The translations under genes and the position numbers were made by a program. From a virus (taxonomy: Duplodnaviria > Caudoviricetes): a DNA stretch of 64,000 bases. Of the stretch, positions 38,001-46,157 are shown one piece after another; within the stretch, counting starts at the first letter, position 1; each line of letters opens with the position of its first letter. The stretch is taken from the IMG/VR virus record IMGVR_UViG_3300035034_000127, positions 1-64,000 of that record; one strand, given 5' to 3'. Under the pieces are notes generated by a model that was given only the letters and a program-made list of their open reading frames with translations, had not been told where the DNA came from and ran no database searches.

Positions 38001-41000
38001 TTACATAGACTCTGACTTGGTTAAAGTTTCGTTGTACCCATGTAACTTCGGCACTGCTAGTGGTTATTCCGGTAATTGCAAGTCCACCTTGGCCATTACG
38101 CGGCATCTGTAAATCTTCTAAAACATCGCCTATTTGAGGTTGAAACACAAATCCCTGTGCGTCAAACCTAGTAAAATTAAAGTCAATATAACCATCCCAC
38201 ATGTCTACTATTGTTTGTAATTTGTTGAATGTTGAATAGCCTCCAGTTAGCCCGCTAGGAGCAAAGTTAATAATTCGCTCGTTAGATTCGAATAGGCTAA
38301 GTTGAAGTTGATCACCGGATACTAGCGTATCACTGAATACTTTACCTGTCCTAACTAACCATTGACTGCTGGGTACACTGACTTCGGGGCCAACCTGCCC
38401 ATCAGCCGAAGTTAAATCACCAGTAAAGGATAGTTGAGCAACAAAACTAGCTTGATTTCGATCATCAAAATCATTGCCTATAACGCCTGCTGTTAGCTGT
38501 ATATTGTAGTAATCGTTGACCTCACGCGTCTCGTTCTCTATCCTGACATCGGCATAAACTAATCCCTTACCTGCATCATAATAAACACCATTATTAGAAT
38601 AATCAGTAGGGGTTTCAATGTACCAAAATCCTGTTACTGCATCATTAGTACTAACTGTATCTTCTTCAGTGTAAACGCCAATTAAATCCTGATTGTCTAT
38701 AAACAGCTGGCCAGATGTTTCAAATGTACCGTTTGATTCTTTTAGGTAAATGATGACTCCGTCTCTACTGGTGCTAACATAATAAACAGTTGCTTGGCCG
38801 GTGTCAGTAGTTACTCTGTCGTTTACTGACGGCAGTGCAGTATATAACTCAACATAAAAGACATGGTCTATCTTTTCCTTAATAATATGCTCTTGGTTCA
38901 AAAAGCTAGAAGAGATTTCCGGTATAAGTCCGTCAAATGGCTCGTAAAAATCCAGTGTAGGATAAGAGTAACTGCGAGCATTCCAGAACAAGTTAACTTT
39001 ATCGCCAGCTGTTGTTCCTTGGTACATTTCTTTAGGCGCACGTACTAATATGTGATTAGTAATATTATTTGCCAGTTGCGAATCGCCTGCTATTATCAGT
39101 GCAGCAAGTTGGTCATTATCATCAAACGAGCCTATAATGTTGTTGTACGAGCTAAAGGTCGAGAACGGCTGAGTGGAAATTTGAGGAAAAATTGTTCTGT
39201 TGGCTCTCCACAAGCTTTCTCTAAACTTAACAATTTGATTTTTTGTGTAAGTAGCGTCTGGGTCAAACAGCCCTTGAAACCTAGTTTTAACGCCAGATGC
39301 CTGAGGTAATCCGGCGATTAAATATTCACCGTCTGGCGACACACTTACTGAAGACGCAAACCCGTTAGCAAAGGAGGTCATTAGTCCTTGCTGGGCAAAG
39401 CTTATTTCCTGATCTAGTTGCACATTAAAACTTTCTGACGACCGTCTATAGTAGTATACTTTTCCGTTTTCTACTTCTGGAGCCGTTACAAACACGTTAT
39501 TGTTATCAGCAGTAACCAATACCTCGTTACCGTATTTGTGTTCAATACCTTCTTCTTGAACAGGATTAGTAAGTGCCTGCTCGTTAGTATATACGCTGGA
39601 GTTATTTAGAACAGCCCAATCGCCATTGTAATTATCAATCCATGCTGTTTGGTCTTGGTATAGTGTATCTTGTACAACATCCTGTAGTTCTAAAAGATTG
39701 TTTAGTCTAACTGAACGCAGCAAGGTTAACTGAAAATTTTCATCAGCAAATGTTTCAAATGCTGCATCGGTTGGTACACGAATGTTAATAACGTTTAACT
39801 TAATCAGGTCAATACTATCAACTTCGTAGAATCCATTAACTCCTAATGTTCGAGTGTCTCTTACTCCTATAATATCGCCAACTAAAATGCGATTAGTTGT
39901 GTATCGATCCAACGTCAACTCTCGTAAGGAGTCACCAAACTTGTTAGTTTCCTTATTATCAAGTAATTTACTAACCTTTATCCCAGTTGTTACGTGCTGA
40001 TAAACATCCCATGGTCGGTCAAGTATTTCGGTAATCCAGATGTATTCACCTAGTGCAACGTCATCTACATTGCCATTTCTAAGATCTTCTGTAGAGCCAG
40101 CAACAAAGGTTACGTCGTTTTCGTCTACGTAGCCAGCAGTTCTCACATACTCGTTAACTAACGGCTTAGTAAAGAACGGTGCTCCTGTATAGTTAGCAGG
40201 CTTATCATACAGCTCAAAAGATTTTATTCTGTAGACTTTTTCCAAATTACTTAGAGGAATGTCATCTGTTAATTCAATAGTCTGCGGAGAAATCCGTATT
40301 TGGTCTTGTTTCAAATTGATCTCAATTTGACTTGTGTTATCAATTGCACCATACCGGCCAACTTGTATGGCCCATTCTTCAAAGAACTCTAAGCTTTCTT
40401 TACCTGCTGCACCTAGTTTTTCGAACATTTTGGACAATGCATTTTTAGTACCTTTGTCCTGAATCATGCCTTGATAAAACTTGTACTGAGAAACGTCATC
40501 AGTAATGATGTTTGCTAGGTACTGTCTCTTTTGATAGCCAGTTAAATGTTGTGCCATTCTTTGTAGCTCAGCATCAAACCCGTCTGTATCAAGATCATAA
40601 AAGTCAGTAAACTGATTAATCCTATAATCAAAGTTAGTGATTAGTTCTGCTTCTGGCTTTTTGCTCAATCTGTACCAAAGATTAGTATTAAATTCTTTTG
40701 AACCAGGTACGTTTTCTGTAGCTACGTAATAGAATTGCTTGTACTTAACCAAGCTGCCAATTTGAAAATCTTTCCAGCTGGCCCATTCAGAAATAACTGC
40801 GCCATCGTAAACAAAACCAGGAATGTTTAGTCCACCGTTCCAATCACCTGAACGGTAACCTACTATCTTAATCCGATCTCTTCTATACCCAGTTGATGGC
40901 TCATAAATTATATCGTTAAAGATGGTTCGATTGTCTATTACGACTACATGTTCTTTTTGTACTAACGCAAGTGCTACTGAATACAACCCGTCGTCGGTGT

Positions 41001-44000
41001 TTACTGTTTGTATTCCGAAACTATTTTGATCTCGTAACAAGCTACTATATTCGCTTAGCAAAGCAAGTCCATCTGCTTTTAGCAAGCTGTATGTATAAAA
41101 ATTATCAAAAATGTTGTCTACTACTGTAAAGTCTCTTTTGAAATTAACCTTGTTAGCAGCTGGTGAAATTGTAATTGCTGTGCCCGCAGCCCATCCTTGA
41201 GTAGACCAAAACAAAAACTCTTTTGCTGCTTGGTTCCAATTATTAACTGTTTCGTTTTCAACATAATTAAAATCGAACCCTAAATCTTCTAGTCTTTGAC
41301 CGTAACCTAGCAAGAAGTCTATAACTTCTTGCGACGACTCTAGTCTTTCCCCATACTGTAGAGATAGTACCTTTCTGTTATCAAAGTTCTTTTTAAAGTT
41401 TGCTGACTTCCCCCCGTTTACGGGCAGCTTAGGTAGCTTGGCTAGATTATCTGTAGAAAACAACTGAGCTGATCTAAATCGAGCAGTAGCTCTATAATAA
41501 ACATTGTTATTTTCGATTACTTGCCCTTCATAAAATTGAGTGTCGGACTGCCACGCTGACGGAATTTCTGATATTCCACCCACAGTTATATCCACACTTG
41601 AAGTGCCTACTCTTGGGGCGTAATAATCTAAGAACGGCATATCGTTATTGTAGCCGCGTAACAAGAATCCGCCTGCTGTTTTTTCAATAGCTACACCGCT
41701 GTATATTACAAAATCAACAGGAGAGCTAGTATTGAAGACTACTTCATAGTTCTCCTGAGGAACGAATACTCCTGCTTGCGTATCTGTTCTCGGAGTTGTA
41801 CTTTCCAACACTAGATTAATTTTAGACTTATCACTAAAGCCTGCTAGTTTAAATCCTAGCTGATTTCTTAATTCTAAAAACTGTAACTGATAATCGGAAT
41901 ATACAGAAAGTATATCACCTGCTACTAAATTATAAATGTAATTTACAAAGCCGCTAGTTAATACTCTGCTACTATCCTGAGAAGTATTTGGAAACACAAC
42001 ATCAGCATTAGACATAAACTTCCTAGTCTCTGAGTAAACTTGCTGTCCTACTAGGTTAGTTGTAATTCTACTAACGTCATATCCCGCTGCGAACACTTTA
42101 GCAGGTTGGTTTAACAGCATTGTAGTTACTACAGAGAATGGATATTGTGAACTTCTTCTCCACGCGGTTTCGACAGGAGATTGGTCACCAAACTTAAAAC
42201 TCTGCGTGCTTAATCTTAAAATAAAGTTCTTAACATAGCTAGACGCTAGCGGTGATTTTAACTTTCCTTTTTGGTCCGACGGAATAAAATTTACCAAACC
42301 AGGTCTTGCAAATTTGGCAAGAAATATAATGTTCTTGCCAGGTTCGCGTACAATACCCTGTTCAAGGTCACGCCACATGTTGAGGTTATCACCTGTGTAA
42401 GGTGCCGAACCGTAAGATTCGTTCCACCACAACGGCTTGATTCTAAATCCTAACATTTCCCAAGGATGACTATGCGGTCTGTCAGTGTCAAATGCCTGCT
42501 TATAAACAGCTCGCCAAAATCCTAGTAGGTCTTCATCTGCTAGATTATTTGCATTAGAATAGTTGTAGGTAAACTCATTGGTCCTATCATAGAAGAAATT
42601 ATCAGTGTAGTCATTGTCTACTAATTTAAGCCATTGAGTAAACTCAGGTGACAAACTTTTATTAATTTCTGCTGAGCTAAACTCCGACGGTCTAAAGTCG
42701 CCGCCGAAGAATCCGTCTACATCAATTACGTCTTCAGACCATTGTACTTTAATATTGTTAAAAATGCGTTTTTCAAAATCAAGCAACAACTCGTCTCTGA
42801 AATCTAAGTAGGCTCGAACATAGCTTCCGTCGTGGCCTCTAATAAAAGGAATGCCTACCGGATACGCATCTATTTCGACGTCGTCCTGGCCTCCCAGTAT
42901 ATTTGCCGCACTGTTTGCTATGTAAAGTGATTCAGTTAGGCCTTTAAATCTGACTGTCGATACTTGGCCCGACCCGCCTGCATCTTGATCTGCGGTTTTT
43001 GCAGCGCTCTTAGTAGTATATACAGGGCGAAACCAGCCGCGAGCAGCATTTGCGGCTGCGACATCTTGTTCGCCGTAGACCTTATATGGGCCGGAATTGG
43101 CTGGCGCTGTTGTTTGATACGTGTCGTCAATTGTTAGCTCTGGTGAAAACTTAGGGTACAGTCCTAGCTTGCTAGGGGTTGGGGCAACAAATGAACCGTC
43201 TGTAACTTCATATTCAATCAGCTCAAGAATATCACCTTCCTGCTGTCCAGCATTAACAACAACAAATCCTTGAGGATCAAATGTATAATGCTGTCCTACA
43301 GTTAATTGCTTGCCGTTTAGGTAAACCAGCACGCTGCTTGCAGAAAGAGTTTCTAGATCAAATGCATTATTTAATGCGTATAATTCTGTTCTTGAATCTA
43401 GAATCTGGTATTCTATAATATTGTTAGGTCCGTAAGCTATCATATCTGAGAAGTAAAACGGTTGTGTTTTGATCTTGTCTTTGTTAACACGCTCTAGGAT
43501 CTTGTCAACATGCCTTGAAGTGTTGCCGTCAAAACCTAGAGTGGTCGCTGTCTCTAAAAATATTCTCTTGAACTTTGCATACTCGTCGCGACTGTATCGC
43601 AACGCCTTGACAATGTTGTATTCCTTGCTAGTTGTGTGATATAATGGAAAGTTGATCGATCCCGAATGCTTTACGAATTTCTTACCAAATCTAGAAACGT
43701 CTCCTAGATCTCTTAGGTTTCCTGGGCCCGGAAACGCACCTGCAAAACTAGGAACTTCTTCAATCAACGAATCAACATGAGCTATAACTTCACCTAAAGT
43801 AAAGTCTTTGATATCCTCATTTAGAGGATTTCTTTCTAGGTTATGTGGAAACTCATAATATCCATTGTTATTTTTAACAGTTTTTGAGTCTGTTTTTATT
43901 TGTACAATATCACCGCTTAGTAGGTTCTTATCAAATTGCACGATTGCTACTTTATTAATTCTGTTAATTTTGTAGTCAACGTTAATAAGTTGGAGTTTGT

Positions 44001-46143
44001 TGTTTACGTACACAATAGTTGTTAAATCGTTTAGTAATCCAGAATCCTTGTATACATCAATACGAAAGTTGTTGTTTTCGATATTAGTAACTTCATATTG
44101 TCTAATCACATACTGCTTGGATTTAACCGGAGTCTTGGACCATCCATTAAGCCATTCGAAGCTGGTTCTCGTTGAATACTTTCTTAGCAGAGCACTGCCA
44201 GTAGTTACTTCAGCTATTCCTTCATCTGCCTGATATGTAAATTTATCACTAAGAAGATTAAAGTCAAATAGTATGTCACCTGAGTTTTCAATATTTCTGT
44301 ATGCTAAGGGAAAGCCTAGCTCTAAGTCATTAGATCCCAATCCTTGCCTATAGCTAAATAGTTTGGTTCCGTTAAACGTCGTGCTATCAAAGATATCAGG
44401 ATCTTCAAGTCTATTACCGGCTTGGCAGTCACATAGATCAAAGCGTGGAGCTTGGTTTAACGTTTCTTTTAGTTGGCCTTTCTTCCACGTGTTATTGTAA
44501 TAAAAACTTACGCCAGCATTTGCTTTGCCTTGTGTTACCAGTACAGTTTCATTTTCCTTAGGTTCGCTGTCCTCTACCTCAACTAAACTAATTTGTCGTT
44601 GGTCACTAACATTGATAAAATTGACTTCATAAATCTTACCATTTATAAGGACGTCGGTATCTGCAGTAAACAATACTCGCATGCCCTGAGTTAGATCAAC
44701 ATTATCTACGTTGTATCCCAGCTGGCCTTCGATAGTAGAAAACACATCTTTTGTAAAATCGTCAATCAGCGTAACGTCGGCTTTAGCTTCTGTTCCAAAA
44801 GAATACAGCTTTAGTCCTGCTTCAAATTCAATAATAGGACGTTTTGCTCTAGTTTCTTCGTCGATATTTATAGGAAGATCGGCTTGCTCAAAGCTGGCAG
44901 TAATAACATCTTTATGGAACCATCTGTTATATCGCGACCACGCATTACGGTCTTTGCTTGCTCGGTTGCTTAATATGTAGTCTTTTGATTTAGCATACGA
45001 ACTGGCGTTAGCGAACGGAAACCTGTCAAACTGATCAGAGTCGTAAGGAATCAACTTGTTAGTAGAGTAGGCCGCAGGTATAACTAGGTCAGCTTCGTTG
45101 ATCAATCTTATATTGGTACCAACTCCTTCAACATACCATGCTGAGTTAGCGTAGTATGCTGGAGTTATGTTTCCAACAAAAGTTAGCTTCATACCGTTAC
45201 TTAGGTCTAGTCCGGTTGCTGTTTGATATGTTTTCTTTCCTAGTATATCATCAGCAACATCAAGAAAGGTATTACTCTCTATATCGTAAATTCGAAAAAG
45301 TCCGCTAGTGTCGATACTATTTTTACTTAGGTAGAACACTCGTTCCGCTGCATTATACGGTACTGTGAATTCAATCGTACCCTTCTCGATATACGCAATA
45401 GCTACTTCCTGGCCGGCGTCGTCTAAATTACGTACGCCGTCCGGAAGCAAAGTGGATACATTTACTGAATCATCAAATATTCTGTTAACAGAAAACGCTA
45501 ATGGATATCCAGGAGTGTTGATTTCAAATCTGTATGTCTGTCCTCTGTAAAGTTTTAGAGTTGGATTTCTTGTCGCAGTGTCATTAAATACATAGGCAAC
45601 ATTGTCGCCATCGTCTACAGTTGAAACTGAGTAGGTGCTTACAACGTCACGCTGCTCGCCTGATACTTGAATAGATAAAGGTCCATTGGGTAGCCAATAG
45701 TACTCACGAAAGTTAACAAACTTATCGTAATCAATATGAGGAGCCCAAGCGTAAGTGTCTTGTGAATTTAAACGGCTTGCGTTATCTGTGTTTGCGCCAA
45801 AATATCTCAGCGAGCCAAGGTAGTCGTTATAGTCTTTATAAAAAGTAACGTTGTCTAGATTATCCTTAATAACAGCCACTGGTTCTAGTTGATAATTGCC
45901 TCTATCAATACTTACGTCACCGATGTAATTGTCAGTACTCTTATAGGCCTTGGCAGTCTTGCGCCCAACAAACCCGTTGAGCTTTTCAGCTACGCCGGGC
46001 TGAATTAGCTGATCAATTGTGCCTTGCAGAAATTTTCTGTTAGCTTCTGTCCTAAAGAATTTAGGTAGAAGGTCTGCTGCTGTACGCTTAGTATTGCCTG
46101 GCGTCGGAAGTGGGCTCTCGTTTTGACTATCGTTATAAGCCAT
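32044..46143 (-). CDS. Giant (4699 aa) virion structural protein, probably baseplate wedge-associated
   Basis: Uninterrupted 14.1-kb ORF directly downstream of the gp6-like gene; beta-propeller-like blades, CBM5/12-like repeats and G.GY...P.V Ig-like repeats. Confidence 0.75.
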   Translation of the reverse strand: MAYNDSQNESPLPTPGNTKRTAADLLPKFFRTEANRKFLQGTIDQLIQPGVAEKLNGFVGRKTAKAYKSTDNYIGDVSIDRGNYQLEPVAVIKDNLDNVTFYKDYNDYLGSLRYFGANTDNASRLNSQDTYAWAPHIDYDKFVNFREYYWLPNGPLSIQVSGEQRDVVSTYSVSTVDDGDNVAYVFNDTATRNPTLKLYRGQTYRFEINTPGYPLAFSVNRIFDDSVNVSTLLPDGVRNLDDAGQEVAIAYIEKGTIEFTVPYNAAERVFYLSKNSIDTSGLFRIYDIESNTFLDVADDILGKKTYQTATGLDLSNGMKLTFVGNITPAYYANSAWYVEGVGTNIRLINEADLVIPAAYSTNKLIPYDSDQFDRFPFANASSYAKSKDYILSNRASKDRNAWSRYNRWFHKDVITASFEQADLPINIDEETRAKRPIIEFEAGLKLYSFGTEAKADVTLIDDFTKDVFSTIEGQLGYNVDNVDLTQGMRVLFTADTDVLINGKIYEVNFINVSDQRQISLVEVEDSEPKENETVLVTQGKANAGVSFYYNNTWKKGQLKETLNQAPRFDLCDCQAGNRLEDPDIFDSTTFNGTKLFSYRQGLGSNDLELGFPLAYRNIENSGDILFDFNLLSDKFTYQADEGIAEVTTGSALLRKYSTRTSFEWLNGWSKTPVKSKQYVIRQYEVTNIENNNFRIDVYKDSGLLNDLTTIVYVNNKLQLINVDYKINRINKVAIVQFDKNLLSGDIVQIKTDSKTVKNNNGYYEFPHNLERNPLNEDIKDFTLGEVIAHVDSLIEEVPSFAGAFPGPGNLRDLGDVSRFGKKFVKHSGSINFPLYHTTSKEYNIVKALRYSRDEYAKFKRIFLETATTLGFDGNTSRHVDKILERVNKDKIKTQPFYFSDMIAYGPNNIIEYQILDSRTELYALNNAFDLETLSASSVLVYLNGKQLTVGQHYTFDPQGFVVVNAGQQEGDILELIEYEVTDGSFVAPTPSKLGLYPKFSPELTIDDTYQTTAPANSGPYKVYGEQDVAAANAARGWFRPVYTTKSAAKTADQDAGGSGQVSTVRFKGLTESLYIANSAANILGGQDDVEIDAYPVGIPFIRGHDGSYVRAYLDFRDELLLDFEKRIFNNIKVQWSEDVIDVDGFFGGDFRPSEFSSAEINKSLSPEFTQWLKLVDNDYTDNFFYDRTNEFTYNYSNANNLADEDLLGFWRAVYKQAFDTDRPHSHPWEMLGFRIKPLWWNESYGSAPYTGDNLNMWRDLEQGIVREPGKNIIFLAKFARPGLVNFIPSDQKGKLKSPLASSYVKNFILRLSTQSFKFGDQSPVETAWRRSSQYPFSVVTTMLLNQPAKVFAAGYDVSRITTNLVGQQVYSETRKFMSNADVVFPNTSQDSSRVLTSGFVNYIYNLVAGDILSVYSDYQLQFLELRNQLGFKLAGFSDKSKINLVLESTTPRTDTQAGVFVPQENYEVVFNTSSPVDFVIYSGVAIEKTAGGFLLRGYNNDMPFLDYYAPRVGTSSVDITVGGISEIPSAWQSDTQFYEGQVIENNNVYYRATARFRSAQLFSTDNLAKLPKLPVNGGKSANFKKNFDNRKVLSLQYGERLESSQEVIDFLLGYGQRLEDLGFDFNYVENETVNNWNQAAKEFLFWSTQGWAAGTAITISPAANKVNFKRDFTVVDNIFDNFYTYSLLKADGLALLSEYSSLLRDQNSFGIQTVNTDDGLYSVALALVQKEHVVVIDNRTIFNDIIYEPSTGYRRDRIKIVGYRSGDWNGGLNIPGFVYDGAVISEWASWKDFQIGSLVKYKQFYYVATENVPGSKEFNTNLWYRLSKKPEAELITNFDYRINQFTDFYDLDTDGFDAELQRMAQHLTGYQKRQYLANIITDDVSQYKFYQGMIQDKGTKNALSKMFEKLGAAGKESLEFFEEWAIQVGRYGAIDNTSQIEINLKQDQIRISPQTIELTDDIPLSNLEKVYRIKSFELYDKPANYTGAPFFTKPLVNEYVRTAGYVDENDVTFVAGSTEDLRNGNVDDVALGEYIWITEILDRPWDVYQHVTTGIKVSKLLDNKETNKFGDSLRELTLDRYTTNRILVGDIIGVRDTRTLGVNGFYEVDSIDLIKLNVINIRVPTDAAFETFADENFQLTLLRSVRLNNLLELQDVVQDTLYQDQTAWIDNYNGDWAVLNNSSVYTNEQALTNPVQEEGIEHKYGNEVLVTADNNNVFVTAPEVENGKVYYYRRSSESFNVQLDQEISFAQQGLMTSFANGFASSVSVSPDGEYLIAGLPQASGVKTRFQGLFDPDATYTKNQIVKFRESLWRANRTIFPQISTQPFSTFSSYNNIIGSFDDNDQLAALIIAGDSQLANNITNHILVRAPKEMYQGTTAGDKVNLFWNARSYSYPTLDFYEPFDGLIPEISSSFLNQEHIIKEKIDHVFYVELYTALPSVNDRVTTDTGQATVYYVSTSRDGVIIYLKESNGTFETSGQLFIDNQDLIGVYTEEDTVSTNDAVTGFWYIETPTDYSNNGVYYDAGKGLVYADVRIENETREVNDYYNIQLTAGVIGNDFDDRNQASFVAQLSFTGDLTSADGQVGPEVSVPSSQWLVRTGKVFSDTLVSGDQLQLSLFESNERIINFAPSGLTGGYSTFNKLQTIVDMWDGYIDFNFTRFDAQGFVFQPQIGDVLEDLQMPRNGQGGLAITGITTSSAEVTWVQRNFNQVRVYVKNITGTWDQLNNIGRYNVKRNRNTAIRGQADVDRIIGVVEDSDNDICVGNDLIGKLIVFEADEIFADSRKWNEIIPITGEEYWFYTENIAQGAGRVPNPPFSLNKDYVQIYHIEADNFGTAGPVNEGAVAIYRRLTGGTYSYQRTIVSEYGMEDRQFGRDVEIRQVGNYYTLFVSSIGNGDQQELVGGIEIFRHGALAGENFKGNYAPGTYIKGDIVTFEDDYYVANKDQTEVESRIKDSIFWANISWKQGKDSNYRGEWNNSYGYAEGSIVFYNDKFYSAVTNISTGAGFVTTDWKQLSNLIDYVGFLPNVTGFTAYNEEVFESSNTPNVLVDFSKAYDISSNGQVIVTTATITGSDSTVNDTRVLIYRETDNKFLLSQIINAPELQNSTNWAYKISMRPDGMSFAISASLDDSAKVNQGQVYIYMQVDSEFVLTQTLLPPNNEEGEQFGYDMSYGQDNLVISSLNGDQKIPTTFDLVTNNETIIDNRFTRFNETILDSGVVYIFETLNDQLVFSERFRYDSATSQFGETLLSNGNHVYVGIPSLVTTTGQGVVVDYRKPKGKFAWNVLRESIVPVDISKIQGVFVYNKRTNEIITYLDYIDPVQGKIAGIAEQDITYKIGTDPAAYNVGILSDNTVDVDIFWAEKQVGQVWWNINTARFEWPYQGSISYQKEVWNVLAQGASIDVYEWVETQYTPLRWDALSATDAGSSLGITGTSLYGDEKYSARLTYDDISQTFSTVYYFWVQNKRDVPVNRTLSIFDITNLIRSPREQGYRFVSFLSDSRMVLNNFENIVTSDDVVLNIRYDTRETKIQNTHLQYLLMSDGSGVSKPTADIERKWFDSLIGFDENNRPVPNPAIPIAKRTGIQNRPRQGMFVNRTEALKQFIERVNLVLSKNLVVDQYQTSRLFSKDDAPSIATRKYDIVVDTTFDLDFLSINKITPARLEPVIVNGKIIQVNILSSGRGYKIEPTVEVAGAGKNFEVKLSINNLGQVTTAIITNEGSGYGDATVLLPRRYSVLVNNDDNLNGKWAIYSWNEIERNWFRTQIQAFDVSRFWDYRDWYAEGFNQFTDIDFEIEGTYLLGGLRDTIGNVVKAKSISSGGWLLLKKIANEETEDFTINYDTIGRQAGTISFNESLYNVEKNAVGFDSRSYDSFFYDSVIAKELRIIFEVIRDDLFIAELAVEYNQLFFASLRYVLSEQPAVDWMFKSAFINVKHNVGNLDQKVNFENDKLASYQAYVNEVKPYSSKVREFISSYTSIDDTQSAVTDFDLAPQYDILTKRIVTSKAFISNGELIDAGANTDSYPRKYWKDNIGYTVTEVRIQNPGSGYTIAPEIKLEGASAKQATAKAFIGYGKITAIKVTSPGVGYINMPTVIIDVPQSDVGIRASATAILGDGVVRTPTVKIKFDRTSGQYTIEELAEVANFVGSNVDINYNLKWPMDLDNRKVKVYVNEVQQLRSQYSYTNITYSPTIDTLAEDFNYGNGNVAAGPGTQQISNGYTYQQGRIIFTKPPANQSDVRIEYYRPISMLSAADRIKFAYNPLSGMLGSELAQVMTGIDYGGVEVSGLGFEIETGWDTEGWYTDTWDTDGTNFEDEVFVADGSTTAVELREALEDGVIYNIYKNGIRLDDPEYGTAEQVNQNAVTSSIFGDGSTSVVELADLGITLVNEDVLIIRKSTSDGSVAPDDESYDQALIGGNLAYSSARGINPEEIIVDGDSFITPTTSGGPEELVSGQVMDALDLRVYNRDVSAATNVSTFAYRQFKDILNRTHFKRLNSAVTTLAQPLNSYDLRIEVQDGANLAVPDKGRNLPGIIFIDKERIEYFVKDGNTLRQLRRGTLGTGTAQQHAVGTKVYDQNSDKTIPYKDRTIVQNFTTDGVTGSFAIGFTISSVNEIEVFVAGTRLRKQATQVFDATVALNSPDGDISIPADFEIVDGEIVLTTVPAENVRVTVVKKVGNTWAKPGESLATTNTPIANFLRAGTSAQPE

Positions 46144-46157
46144 TATTAATTATGTCC

